A stretch of DNA of 64,000 nucleotides from Octopus vulgaris. Its lineage: Eukaryota. Below, one piece after another: positions 13,476-26,935 of the stretch. The stretch is taken from NCBI GenBank assembly GCA_951406725.2, contig OX597816.1, positions 89,838,001-89,902,000 of the forward strand, written 5' to 3'. A program made the translations under genes and the position numbers. The notes under the pieces were generated by a model, which did no database searches, was not told the DNA's origin, and saw nothing but the letters and a program-made list of their open reading frames with translations. Numbering within the stretch: the first letter of the stretch is position 1; every line of letters starts with the position of its first letter.

Positions 13476-14059
13476 ATATATATATATATATATATATATA
13501 CACGGACACATACATACACACAAACACTCACACACGTACACATAGATATAGTTTACTTTTCTGTTAAGGTATGATCAACAAAAAATACTTCATCTTGTCT
13601 GAGATAAACACTGTTTAACACATGTGAAACATAGTTATGTGCTTCACTTAATTTCATACATTGGAGATGTTGTATATAGCACACCTAGTGTTTCAAAGCA
13701 ATATGTGGGCTCTGAGCTATGATCAATACAAGTTACAGATCGGGACGACAGAACAAGAGAAATCACAAGGAAAAAACGAGGAAAAGATGGTCCAGAAATT
13801 GGATGAGTGAAAAATAAAACAGAAAAAGAAAAGAAAAAAAGAAGAGAATTAGAGTCATGTCTTCTTTGTCCGAGAAGCAATAAAGCTAGTTGGTGTATAA
13901 TCAACAGAAGGGGTCAAAGTCTGCGATACAGCTGCTCAATCCCGAGACATGGTGGAGTGTTCTCCAATTCGTCAAAAGAAACTTGGCCATATGTTTGCAT
14001 TTGCGGAAAATTTCTCATCTGGAATTCAGCAGTGCAGTGGAATTCTTAGTTTTAAAAAG

Positions 14060-14900
14060 TATATGCGATCATTCAGCTACGCATAACTTGCATTTTTTAG
14101 ACTCAGTAACACGTGGTATGAATTTTTATACGATTTTCTAACTTAGTGGCTTTACTTTTGTTCATACTCAAATCAGAGGTAGATCAAACGAGTAAGGCTT
14201 TTAATTTCATGTCACTAGTGGCATTTCCTCTCAAAAGAAATGTCAGAGGATTTTTAGAAGCTTTAAATGCTTGTGTTGATTTTTTCTTCTCGAGAAATAG
14301 AAGTTCTAGCAGACATGCGCTTCCAGAAAAGTGTAGTTTCATAAGTATTATATATTTGCTCTGGTGTGTAGCCCTTCAACAACCAATTTCTCAGCTGCTC
14401 AGGATAACTAGTAGCAATCTCTGTATTAGCACTCGCAGTTTCACCAGTCATTTATATGTCATGCAAATTCATGCAATTCTTGCAGCTTTCAAACAAGCTT
14501 TGCCAGCCAAAAAGAGTTCTTCATTAGAAATTTCAAATTCGATTTTTTTAGAAAATCGCCATATAAAGTTTTGGCGCTTTTTAAAATTACTATCGTGTTT
14601 ATCGGCACGTTAGGCGGATTCTGATCTCCGATCATCTATACACCAGAAAGACGTTTTATTTTCGGCATTACATTGGAGGTATGGAAAAATAGGGTCTGGG
14701 CAAAAACTGAGTATCTTTTTGAGCATTTGACATAATTTTCTCTCTGTTGTCACGTATCGTTCCCACTGTAGACGTTGCAGTATTTAATGTTTTGGCTCTA
14801 TAACTTAGTTCTTCTCCCTTATTAAGACTTTTTAAAACATCAAGTTTAATATCCAGTATGATCCCTTTACAGTTCCTTTTCACACTATTACCTTCTTCAT
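14060..14900 (-). mobile_element. Tigger/pogo DNA transposon remnant
   Basis: HTH_psq-like KLDVLKSLNKGE...TSTVGTIRDNREKI. GETASAN...YTPEQIYN..ET.LFWKRM..RT.IS is typical of the pogo DDE domain start. Stops and frameshifts. Confidence 0.85.
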
Positions 14901-15217
14901 TGTTTCTTTGCTGACATCTTAAAATGAAGGTAAATTTAACAGCACCTGCGATTAATTATCCACATGTAGTAAAAACAATTGGCCTAGGAAAGAAAGAGCG
15001 GAAAATTGTGAAAGCTGAAAATTATGAGACCGGAAAATTGTGAGAGCGGGAAATTCAGAAAGTGGAAAATTGTCTTATCCTATGGATGTAATAACGCAAA
15101 TGAAATGAAAAGTTGAAGGACTGAAGAAGAGAAAGTATTATATAATTGCAGTTAGGTGAAAGGTCACCAAATTTTACAGGCAATCCGCTCCTTGCACTTC
15201 TGACTTAAAACATACTC

Positions 15218-15249
<32 letters not shown>

Positions 15250-15717
15250 GAACACACATACGTACACATTCACACACACCCCCACACACACGTTCATGTA
15301 CATGTATGTGTTGGCGTACATGCTGATATCTGTTGCAGCCTGTTGGATTTGAAAGTTGGTTGTTGATAATGGTGATAATGTGGGTTGCACGGGTTTAGAT
15401 GTTAGGGATGGTGGGCGATTATTGTTGGTGGTGTGTTGGCCATATTGTTCTTGCTAATTGCAATGTTGTGGCTGTTTAGCTTCAAGACAACCCTCATAGA
15501 CTTAAGATCCAAGACATTTCATTCAACTTTTAAAATACACTATGTTACCACATTATATATTTTCATTTGAAACGGATTTGCTTATCTTCTTCATACAATA
15601 TCTTCATGTTACTGTTAGTAGTTGTGTTGGTGTTGATGATAGAAACCCACACATATATACATACGTGCATACAACGTATATACATACATATATGCATGCA
15701 TACATATACATTCATTT

Positions 15718-15770
<53 letters not shown>

Positions 15771-16120
15771 CCCACATTATGATCACTATATAACATGTGT
15801 GCATGTATGTATGTAACATGATGATAATTTTTCAAATTGTTAACTATATTTTTGATCTTAATTACAACGCAAAGACCCATTGAGAGGAAATTGTAGTTTT
15901 AAATTGTTCACAATTAAAAATTACACAAACCGAGTTTCCGTAAGAATGAAATTGCAGAAGTTATCCAGAATTTAAAAATCATACTTTACAATTTCCATAA
16001 GCTTGAAATCTCTTAAGCTGAGATAACCGTAACGCAGGGGATTCATCCATATATATTGATACATACGCTCATAAATGTCTAATTCTATGGCCATATATGC
16101 ACGTACGAATTGCCAAACAT

Positions 16121-16194
<74 letters not shown>

Positions 16195-16418
16195 AAATAT
16201 TAGGGAATAAAACCAAACTTACAGGGAAAAATCAGATTTAGGATTATATCCAATTTTATAGTATAAATATATTATATTATATTATATTAAATTAGAGATA
16301 AAACCACTATTAGGCAAATCAAACAATGAAAAGCATAAGCCAATACATCAAATTAATTTAATTTATATTATTTTAAATATATATCAAAAGTATTAAAATT
16401 TTAATAAAATATAAAGAG

Positions 16419-16471
<53 letters not shown>

Positions 16472-16528
16472 TCACATACATACACGCACACACATATTAA
16501 TATGTATATCTGAATTTTTTACTTCCAG

Positions 16529-16762
16529 TAATGCATATGTTTATCCGTGTGTCGGTGGCTTATATAAAAGGAACTTTTCTGGAAGAATTGAAATTTGAAC
16601 ATGTGGAAAAATGTGCGCACAGATGTATGAATAATACTAAATGTAAATCATTTAACTTCGATGATCTCGTAAAAACTTGTCAGCTATATTCTATCAGTGC
16701 TGCAACTGGTATCACTTTGACACCTAGTGAATGTCCGTACAGGGAATACTACCAACGAATCG
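16529..16762 (+). CDS. Exon encoding PAN/apple domain 1
   Basis: TTCCAG acceptor, G/GTAAGT donor, phase 1-1. EKCAHRCMNNTKCKSFNFDDLVKTCQLY...YYQR. Confidence 0.9.
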
Positions 16763-17074
16763 GTAAGTAACAAATGACATTAAAAGATGTTATTGTATTC
16801 GTAAGAGCAAAATCTTAAGTTTAATGTTTTTGATATAAAAAAACAAGATAAAGACAGAGAATTGTTGCGCAATTTTGAAATAGTGGTGAATGTATATATA
16901 AATATAAACTTTCATGGGATCAACAGTTTCATAGGAGCAGCACAAGCATCTAATGAATCAGGTTCTTGCGCCGACTCCACGAAACTTTAAGCTGCTTGGG
17001 GTCGAATCAAACGCTTTTTAAAAATAATAATAAAGATGATGATGATGATGATGATAATAATAATAATAATAATA

Positions 17075-17546
17075 AGATATTATTATAAAAGATCAGACAA
17101 AAAGGATGTGTTTATTAATTGACATGAGTATTCCCTGTGATCACAATATAGCGGCGAAAGAATTTGACAAGATTAGTAAATATAAAGACCTGCTAATAGA
17201 AACTGAAAAGATGTGGCATATCAAGGCGACTACAGTACCAGTGATCGTAGGATCTCTAGAAATGATAAAAAAAGGTACTGAAACCTATTTGAAAATGATT
17301 CCAGGTTCACCATGCCTACAGGAAGTGCAAAAAATCGTATTAACTGGAACGGCTCATGTACTGAGAAGAACAATATCGCTGTGAAAATAACATCCATCCA
17401 TGAATTCATTTATTTATTAATTTTTAAATACATATTTTATCTGTGAATTTGCGCGTGTAATCTGGGAATGCATGCAATGCCCTTCTCTGCCCTATGTGTA
17501 TGGAAAGCACTCGGCGAGAAACTTTGAAGAAAGAAGGAAAAAAAAA

Positions 17547-17548
<2 letters not shown>
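17075..17548 (+). mobile_element. Dong/R4-type non-LTR retrotransposon 3' end (restriction-like endonuclease)
   Basis: CLLIDMSIP...KISKYKDL..E..KMW...VPVIVG...QKIVL.GTAHVLR. Flanked by (TAA)n. Confidence 0.85.
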
Positions 17549-17592
<44 letters not shown>

Positions 17593-17593
<1 letters not shown>

Positions 17594-18700
17594 GCTGTAT
17601 AATGCCGATGTTGAAAAACCCTTACCTATCATTGGTTAGTGTCTTCTGGCTTAAAGAAGAAAGAATGGGAGAGGTTTGATCAGTTTCCAGGACTGTATCG
17701 GAGCAGAGGAAAACAGCCTAAGCTGGTATATAAAAATGCCGTGGAGCCACTGTTGAAACACACGAAGAAGGCGGGCGTCATCAAAACTGAAAATTGTGTA
17801 ACTAAAAAAAATTTAAACAAAAAATAGACAAAAACGAAAAAACATGGATGGAAAAATGTACGTTCAGTTTGCAGGAGATGAGAACGCCAAGACAGATTCA
17901 GAAGTCCAGTGGATATGAATGAGAAGGAGTGACCTGAAGATAAGAACAGAAGCACTCATACACACAGCTCAGGAACAAACCTTAAGGACCAATTATATGA
18001 AGTGCAGAATTGACAACACTACCGATTGCGACAAATGCAAAGTATGTGATGAGAGAGATGAAACGGTATGGCACATCGTTAACGAATGCCCGAGATTGGC
18101 ACAACGCGAATACAAACGACGCCATGACAATGTGGTAAGAATGATCCATTGGAAGCTCTGTGGAAATCACGGCCTACAAAGAGTAAAGTCGTGGTATGAA
18201 TAAACCCCAGGAGGAGTTACCGAAAATGAGAACTGCAAAATCCTGTTGGATGTAATGATCCAGTACGATCACCTGACCAGACATAAGAAACCGGACATTG
18301 TTGTGGTGAATAACAGAGAAAGAACATGTATGATTATCGACATTGCATGCCCCGGTGACAACAAGATCAATATGAAAGACGAAGAAAAAATAAGCAATTA
18401 CGACGATTTAAAGTGGGAAATACGAAGGTTGTGGTCAATGAAGAGAGTAGACGTGATACATAGTAAATAGTGCACTTGGAAGTATCAGCACTCAACTGTC
18501 AGCATGGTTGAAAAAGATCGGTGCAAGTGTAAAGGTAGAACACTTACAAAAATCAGCACTGCTTAGAACTGCAATAATTCATCGCAGGGTTCTTGAAGCA
18601 TGACCAGTAACCAAGTGTCACCTTAATCTGCTGGCTGTGGACAGCTGACACTTTCTATCATACCCAGCAAAATAATCTGTGAGTTTTCATGTAATAACAA
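17593..18700 (+). mobile_element. Dong/R4-type non-LTR fragment (CCHC plus REL)
   Basis: AQEQTLRT, CKVC....ETVWHIVNEC, RRHD, KPDIVV, IDIACP. Starts at (TAA)n. Confidence 0.85.
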
Positions 18701-18788
18701 TCATCGCACATCTGTCTGGGGTCATTGTTGTGACTTGACAAATGACTAAAAACTCCGGTGCATTTCTACCTACACTTTGTTACGAAGG

Positions 18789-18838
<50 letters not shown>

Positions 18839-18916
18839 ACATGTACAAACATATCACAGATATAAATAGAGTATGTAAACATAAATTGACCGATAGAACT
18901 GATGCACGTAACAAAT

Positions 18917-20183
18917 GAGTTCATCCCATAAGTTGTGTTCGAAATTACCTTTTTTAAAATGGAATGAAATTGAATAGTATTTTAGAATGTCTAATGGAAT
19001 TAAAAATTATTTTTATGCATTTGTGTACATTTAAACTAATTAAATATTACTTTACAGAATGATAAAATTAAAATTTCTTTGATTAAAACCCTTTCTAACA
19101 CGGAAATATTCAAAGAGCATTTAAGGCACATAATGCTTTATTACTACTAAAAAGGAAACTCTGCAGACGAAGCGACTCGAAACATACACTCACTTTATGG
19201 GAAAGAATGCTTGAATGAAAGAACTTGCAGAAGATGGTTTACAAAATTCAGAAGTGGAGATTTCAGCCTTGAAGATGAAGATCGAACAGACGTCCAGTTC
19301 AGTTTGATGATAAGCTCCTTGAGGCATTACTTGAAGAAAATTCTGCATTATCAGTTGAAGAATTGGCAATAAAGCTTAGTTCAAACCATACGACTGTTCA
19401 TCGTCATCTTCAACAACTTGGAAATGTTCCTAAACTTGGAAAATGGGTGCCTCATGAATTGTCCGAAAGCAACCGCAAGTCTCGAGCTGACATCTGCTCT
19501 TCTCTATTCTCGCGAACTCATTTCACCCTTTTTGGATAGACTTGTGACTGGTAACGAAAAATGGATCTTCTATCGAAATGTTAAATGTCATAAACAGTGG
19601 CTTGGTAAAAGGGGAAAAGCTCAACCACAACCGAGAAGGAAACTTCATGGGAGAAAGGTTCTCTCTATCTGGTGGGATTGCAATGGAGTAATTCACTTTG
19701 AATTGTTACAATCTATGCTCTGGTGAACTGTCAGTAATAAGAGCGTTTGAACCAAACTTTGAAGAAACAAAGACCCGCTCTAGTGAATCGAAAAGGAGTG
19801 ATGTTTCATCAGGACAATGCGCGGCCCCACACTGCAAAGATCACATCACAGAAGATCGAAGAGCTTAGTTTGGAAAAAATTCCTCATTCACCTTATTTTC
19901 TCGACCTTGCTCCTTCAGACTACCATTTGTTTCATAGTTTACAGAATCATTTGGGGGACATAACTTCGCAAGCCAGGAGGAGGTCGAAACTGACATTTCA
20001 GTGTTCTTCGCTTTGAAACCAAAAAGAGTTTTACATTGATGGGATTAAAAAGTTTGTAAATAGATGAAAGGAAGTCATAGATAATCCAGGAAAGTACATT
20101 GATGATTAAATTTCAATTAAATATAACATTTGATTACTTGTTTTCTTTATTCAAAATTCGGACAGAACTTATGGGATGATCTG
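18917..20183 (+). mobile_element. Full-length decayed mariner (D,D34D) transposon
   Basis: ~27-bp TIRs (18917-18943 and 20157-20183, core TCATCCCATAAGTT). Motifs WVPHEL, VTGNEKW, HQDNARPH, LDLAPSDYHLF. Frameshifted. Confidence 0.93.
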
Positions 20184-20196
20184 TTAATTTTCTTTT

Positions 20197-20580
20197 AAGG
20201 CGGCGAGCTGGCAGAAACGTTAGCACGCCGGGCGAAATGCGTAGCCGTATTTCGCCTGCCGGTTTGTTCTGAGTTCAAATTACGCCGCGGTCGACTTCGC
20301 CTTTCATCCTTTCGGGGTCGATAAATTAAGTATCAGTTACACACTGGGGTCGATGTAATCGACTTAATCCGTTTGTCTGTCTTTGTTTGTCCCCTCTATG
20401 TTTAGCCCCTTGTGGGTAATAAACAAACAGGTATTTCGTATGTCTTTACTTCTGAGTTCAAATTCCGCCGAGGTCGACTTTGCCTTTCATCCTTTCGTGG
20501 TCGATAAATTAAGTACCAGTTGCGATCTAATCGACAGGCCCTCTTCCGCCAAAATCCGGACCTTGTGCCTTGTGTTGAAA
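20197..20580 (+). mobile_element. SINE with partial tandem duplication
   Basis: GGCGGCGAGCTGGCAGAA head. Body is the reverse complement of 62550-62836. Confidence 0.8.
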
Positions 20581-20614
20581 AGAGAATAAATACTTATTTT
20601 TCTTTTATTTACAG

Positions 20615-20830
20615 ACAGTAAAACTGTTGTTATCTACGGTGCAACTATAACGACGTGTATTCATATTTCTGAGTACAGTAACATTAAAACAGAAGCTGAA
20701 TGTAAAAAGCTGCGTATTAAAGGGAATTATACAGCAATGGAATACTCAAAATTCTTCAAGGGCTGTGGTGTTACTCACAATGCGGAAAAGACATACGGTT
20801 TGACTGGTAACATATTTTGGAAATTTGAGC
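20615..20830 (+). CDS. Exon encoding divergent PAN/apple domain 2
   Basis: TTTACAG acceptor, GTACGT donor, phase 1-1, open frame: DSKTVVIYGA...TEAECKKLR....YTAMEY.....GC...FWKFE. Confidence 0.8.
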
Positions 20831-20999
20831 GTACGTATCTATTTTATCATCATCATCATCGTCGACGACTTCTTATTATTATTTCTTCTTCTTCTTTGTC
20901 TTCTTCTTCTTCTTCTTCTTCTCCTTCCTCTCCTCTTCCGCCTTCTCACTATATTATTCCAATGCTATTATATACAAATTTAATTAGCAGGGATGTTAT

Positions 21000-21464
21000 C
21001 TTCATAACAAATCTGAAATCTCAAAGAATTTCTCTTAGGATTCTTGCAGAATACAGGATTGCAATTTTCAGCAGGTCGATAGTACTAGTCTCAGTTCCAA
21101 TAGCCTTGAGTCTTGTGCCAAAAGCATCAGTTACTCCAGGAACAACTCTTCTCGTAGTCTTCCATAATCTCTTTATTTCTCAATTTTCTTTATTTCTTTG
21201 CTATAAACCCACAAACCCAGTTATTACAACGTATTGCAAAGTCTATGATTTTAAACTGTAATCATACCTGATTTCCTTGCTTTAATAGTATGGTCAGTCT
21301 CTATGGGGAAATTCCATCAAATCCTGTTGTCTTTAGTTCGTCTTCATACCACATTTCTGTTATTCCGAAGCTACATTCTCGGCTAACAGCCTAGTGCACT
21401 CTTTTACCTGTACAGTCATGCGCTTATGCTTTTTATGTGCCAGCTTACTGCACTCACTCAAAAG

Positions 21465-21465
<1 letters not shown>
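21000..21465 (-). mobile_element. Degenerate Dong/R4 3' fragment
   Basis: LSECSKLA, RLWK..RVVP, ARILR on the minus strand. Abuts (TTA)n. Confidence 0.6.
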
Positions 21466-21520
<55 letters not shown>

Positions 21521-21689
21521 GTATTTTTTTAAACTTTTAATCTGCATGTTTGGTACACTCACTTGCCGAGATACACTCAGCATCCTAGAACGAATGAAGG
21601 ATGAGAGATGTTACAGTCTGACTGAAAGCTTGTGGAGGGGAAGTGACAGGGGCAGTAAAAAATATCTTCATGTAATATAACACAGAAAT

Positions 21690-22015
21690 TTAAAGGGATA
21701 GGGTTTTTCTAAGGATGTGGCCATTACTTGTCAGCACAATCTTTTGGATTTCTCTGAGACATGGTACTCCTGGGATATTATCTAGATGTTTCTGACATAA
21801 CTTTTTATATCATACCTAGGGCACCTACAACAACAGGGACAATTCTCGCTTTACAGTGCCACTTCTTTTGTATTTCAATTCCCAGGTCCTTATATTTACT
21901 TCATTTATCAAATACCTTAAGAGATATATTTTTATAGTCTATTAGACTATAAGTATTTTCTTCCCTGTTTTTAATAATCATGTCTGGTCGATTAACCTGG
22001 ATCGTTCCGTCAATA
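21690..22015 (-). mobile_element. Dong/R4 REL fragment
   Basis: NRPDMIIK...LID...SKYKDL.IEIQKKW...VPVVVGALG. Confidence 0.75.
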
Positions 22016-22034
22016 CTATTACTATTATTATTAG

Positions 22035-22575
22035 CATTGCATGCCATGAAAGTGACACTGGGGTACAAATATACGAAGCCCAATACACCAAACATGACTC
22101 CCCGTCTGATAAAAGTACACCATGCACATGCATCACAACCATAAGTGCGCGACATGGAGATCTCATATCTATATAAACAGCGCATGACCTTGCAGGTTTG
22201 GCCCAATTAGAATTTTCTTCCGGTTCAGTAGCCCATCCCACTCAAAAAGGTCCCTGAATAAAGATTATTTAAGGATGTTGAACGAAACACACGTTTCTTG
22301 AGGTGAATTATCCAAACCAAATAATTGCTCTCAACACATGGCTATGATGCTCCCCCACTACTTAAGCTCGTGATCAGAGACGCACATATTGTCAGCCACT
22401 TAGGGATATGCTCAACTGGTCATGATAAAACAACTAACAAGAAAATCTGTGGTATTGAGCAGAATATTTGCTGGAGCCCATCTTTCATACCAAGACAATA
22501 CAATCTACGTGATAACACTTCCAGTCAGTTAAGATCAGAAGCCATTAGAGCCACTGTCTGATATTGCATTTAATA
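22035..22575 (+). mobile_element. Interspersed repeat family (probable retroelement remnant) associated with (TTA)n
   Basis: Near-identical copy at 60052-60430 and a reversed partial copy at 62837-63145. Confidence 0.7.
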
Positions 22576-22577
22576 TC

Positions 22578-22630
<53 letters not shown>

Positions 22631-22924
22631 GTCAAGACGAAGAGCGCGATTCGATTGTAAGTTATTTTATTGAACGATATTTCAACAGTATGTCAAGTTC
22701 AAAATAAGAAATGATAAAAATTCAGAAATTTAAACGTAAAGTATGAACGAGAGCAAGTTGCGTCAACACGTTGATGGAATGACATCATCAGTATTTAAGT
22801 CTTTAACAGGCGAAAAGAAAGAAAAAAAAACAGAAAAAAGAAGACGATAGAAAAGGGGAAAGAAAAAAAGAGAAAGAAGAATATTTAATCAAACTGTTTG
22901 ATTAAATATTCTTCTTTCTCTCTT

Positions 22925-24085
22925 TTTCTTTGGTCGGTGGAATGTAAGAATTTTACAAGACAGCAAGGGCAACCGAGAACGAAAAACAGCAATAACTGCA
23001 AAAGGAATCGCTTCGCATAATATTGACATTGCTGCTCTAATTGAAACCAGGCTTCCCCCAAGCTCTAGATGAGGGTTTCAATAAGCTTTGTATATCCATA
23101 GGTAATTCCTCATTTATGCACATTATAAGTGCGTATGAACCTACTTTGTCAGCACCTGAACAAGAAGGTATGTTCTAAATTACAAACAGTTAAGAGTGCA
23201 ATTTCATATCATGACTAAGTTATATTAATGGGCTATCTTAATGCCAGAATCGGAAACAAATGCAATGTGGTCGTAAGTAATAGGAAAACATGAAACAAAA
23301 ACGATGTATGTAAGTGGTTTACGAGTGTTGTCTTTTTGTCAACAATTTGGTTTAACAATTTCAAACATAATATTTTAGCAGGTAAATAAAAATAAAAATA
23401 CCTGGAAGCATTCTCGATGCTAGACTATATCATAACTAAGAGTAAAGATTGCAGTGATGTCAGATTAACCTGAACTCACAACACTCCCGAGTGTTACCCG
23501 GATTACAAAATGGTTCGCAGTAAGGTTTATGTTAAACCATATTGAAAGAGGCCATTAAGATCCAATATCCCTCCGAGAATAAATGTCTTCATTAAAAAAT
23601 CCCGAAACGATACGAAACTTTGAAAGTCATCTAAAGTCAAAACTTGAGAATATAGAAGAAAACAATGGTTCTGAAGTTTTGTGGTGTAATCATCGTGACA
23701 GCATCAAATCCTCTGCTGAAGAAGTTCTAGGATTCGTCGAACTCAAGTATCAAAATTGGTTCAATGAGAAGGATTCCCAAATCAACCTCTCCTAAAAACT
23801 ATGCTCGAAAAGCACAAGACATGGATCTCTAGCAAAAATTCGTTGTCACTCAGATCTTTATATACCTCTCAGAAAAGATTGCGTGAGATAAAAATTCTTG
23901 ATTGTCAAAAATACTCAAGAATTAGAATTGGCTGCTAACTCCCACAACCTGAAAACATCATATGATAATTTGAAAGGCTGCTTCTGTCCCAAAAAAGGAC
24001 GGTACGGAACCTATTCTAAGGGCAAGTCAAAACTCTTAAGTAGCGAAGATGAAATTCTGAAATGATGGGCTGAACACTTTAAATA
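22925..24085 (+). mobile_element. RTE-type LINE remnant (AP endonuclease region)
   Basis: ERKTA, NIDIAAL.ETRL, IISAYEPT, LNARIG. Many stops. Confidence 0.75.
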
Positions 24086-24471
24086 AATGAACACCGGCAG
24101 AATAGTGATCACTTCGAGCAAAATGCTTAGCAGCATTTCGTTTTTACCACGGATTTTGATTTTTTCTTTCATCCTTCCTGGGTCGAAATACATGTTGAAT
24201 ACTGGGGTCAATGTACTCGACTATCCCCCTGCCCTCCAAACATTTAGGCTTTGTGCCTATAGCAGAAAGAATTATTATTAAAGTAAATCAAGCTGCATGC
24301 TGGCAGAATCGTTGGCACGTCCGACAAAATGCTTAGCAGCATTTCGTCCGTCTTTTTGTTCGGAGTCATTGTCTTTCATCCTTTCAGGGTCTATAAAATA
24401 AGTGCCACATGAACATTGGGATCGATGTAATCGATTATTTCCCTGTCTCCAAATCTCAGGCTTTGTGTAGA

Positions 24472-24567
24472 TTCTTCTTCTTCTTCTTCTTCTTCTTCTT
24501 CTTCTTCTTCTTCTTCTTCTTCTTCTTCTTCTTCTTCTTTTTCTTCTTCTTCTTCTTCTTCTTCTTC
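24472..24567. repeat. (TTC)n microsatellite
   Basis: Seen directly. Confidence 0.95.
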
Positions 24568-24594
24568 ATATACACACAACAGATTAGATTGTTG

Positions 24595-26323
24595 GAAAAG
24601 AAAAAATCCTAACATCGGGCTACAGCAAGTAACCTTAGATGGCAAGAACCCTCCTAAGCATCCTAGTTGTCCCTAATAACACTGTTTTCTGGAGCTGTAC
24701 TAGACTGGGTTTTATGGCTATTTCCTCTATCCATCTGTTCAAATCTTTAGGTATAGTTCCCAATACACCTACAACTACTCGGATAAATTTTACCCGCACT
24801 TTCCATAATCTTTGTAATTCAATGATTAGGTCCTGCTATTTTGCTATTTTTTCTATACTTCTCATATTGACTTTTTCATTATTTGGGACTGTAAAGTCAA
24901 TTATCTGACACTTTCTATTATCTTTATCTACTTCTACTAAATCAGGCCTTCTAGGTTCTATTACTTTGTCAGTCTGAATGTTGAAGTTCCACAACATCTT
25001 ACATTTCTTACTTTCTAATAGTTTACTAGGTTCATGTTCATATCAATTATCAGTGTGGTCAAATTCTAGCTTTCTACATAACTCCCAGTGGATTACTCTC
25101 CCTAGGTTGTCATGTCTTTTCTTGTATTCTTTCTGTGCCAGCATGCTACATTCACTTACTATACGCGTAATGCGTTCCTCTTTTGATTTGCATAATGTAC
25201 ATAGAGAATCTACTTGGTGTTTGTCTATCTTGGCTTTTATCCAATTAGTCCTTAATTCTTGATCTTATGCTGCTACTAACAAACTTTCTGCCTCCTCTTC
25301 AGCCTTCCTTTCTGCAACCGTAACCATATCTCACTACTTCTGTTTGCTGCAGCTGTCTTTGAGAATCTGCCCTGGAAAGCTTTTTTCTGCTAGTTAGATA
25401 ACATTTGTTCTTTTTCTGGTTTTTAACTTCGTTTGGGTTTTTGGTTTCCCTATGTCTTGCTGTGACTCTATCAGCTTTTAATAAACTTGTTTCACTATTA
25501 CCTACATAGGGGTCTACATTTATTCTAGCTAAATTCACGCAGTCTTCTACTGATATTAAACCACTTCCGCCCTCCTTTCTAGTTAAGTATAATCTTCCAG
25601 TTTTTGTCAAATCTACAAAAGTTGCTGAGTATTAAAGAAATGATAATACCTAAGTATTAAATGGCGGTGCCCCAGCATGGCCACAGCTCATGAGCTGAAA
25701 CTAGAATCAATCAATCAATCAAGTATTTTCAGCCTTCACTAGGTTCGAACCATTTAGCTTTGATTTTATTAGCTTCCTCACCCTTCTGATGTACTCTTTC
25801 TCAATTTTCGTTTTCATTTCTGTAGTTAGTACTCTGTCAGATTCTAATACTCCTAAATACTTATAAGTCTCTCCTCCTTGCAATGATTTTTATGTCTGAC
25901 CGTCTGGTAATTGGATACCCTCACTGTTGACTACTTGTCCCCCTTCTCGTGACTAATATTGCACACTTATCTATGCCAAATTCCATGCCTATATCTTTGC
26001 TGAAGAGTCTTACAGCCTATCTTAAGGAATCTATTTCTTTTTACTAAAATGTTTCAGACACTATTTCTGATCTGGTACCCAGCCTTTGCCTTCCTTAATG
26101 CTAAACTGAGGGGGATCGAGTGTAAGACAAATATTAAAGGGGATAACGAATCCCCTTAGAAAATTCCTCTCTTGATATTAACTTTCCCTAAGACCGTGTC
26201 ACTTGAGTATAGATCTACTTCCCATTTCTTCATGCTAAAGCTAATTAATTCTCTTATGTTATCTGCTATACTGAATGTACTCAAACATTCACTTATCCAT
26301 GAGTGTGGGATCATGTCATAGGA

Positions 26324-26328
<5 letters not shown>
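24595..26328 (-). mobile_element. Dong/R4-type non-LTR retrotransposon, 5' truncated and decayed
   Basis: KKSYDMIPHSWI, KRGIF.GDSLSP, YKYLG, RLYLTRKEGG.GL, LQKTVLLGT.RMLRRVL. Bounded by (TTA)n. Confidence 0.85.
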
Positions 26329-26412
<84 letters not shown>

Positions 26413-26499
26413 ATAAAAACAAAGGTTGTTACATCTATAAGCTTCCTTATAATATATCCATGATTCATTTATCCACGAGTGTGAGATTATGTCATAGGC

Positions 26500-26935
26500 T
26501 TTATTAATATTTTCACTTTATTGGAACTTCTGGAGTCTTGCATGCATAGCGGGCTTTCTACCTGCAACCTAGGATACCATGCTATTTGTTCTTTTCAGCT
26601 ATCTAATACTTTCCTGGCTGTGTCAAGGAGGAAAAGTTTCTACTGGGCACTCTATTCCAATTTCCTTTATATTCGTCTTGATACCTTCTGATACTGTTCC
26701 CAAGGACCCAACAATAATTGGCACTATCTTCACTCCCTTCCTTTTCCATAGCCGGGCTATTCCGTACTTAAGAGGGTTGTATCTATCAATCTTTTTGTTT
26801 TCCTTCTTGACTATTTGTGACTCAAAGGGGCATGCAACATCAGCTATATATATAGCATATGTGGTGCACCTTGTCCACCACCACTAGGTCCGGTATGTTA
26901 TGCTCTAGCACCTGATCTATTTGGATTGGGAAACT
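26500..26935 (-). mobile_element. Dong/R4 REL fragment
   Basis: DVACPF...KIDRY..LK..IARLWK...IVPIIVGSLG. Confidence 0.7.

Noticed and set aside
13800-14050. Possible LINE linker fragment
   Set aside because: Only a vague resemblance, with no diagnostic motif.
22740-22800. Possible hammerhead on the minus strand (CUGAUGA-GUCA...UGAC-GCAA)
   Set aside because: GAAA is mutated to GCAA and no convincing stem I is present. At best a dead relic.
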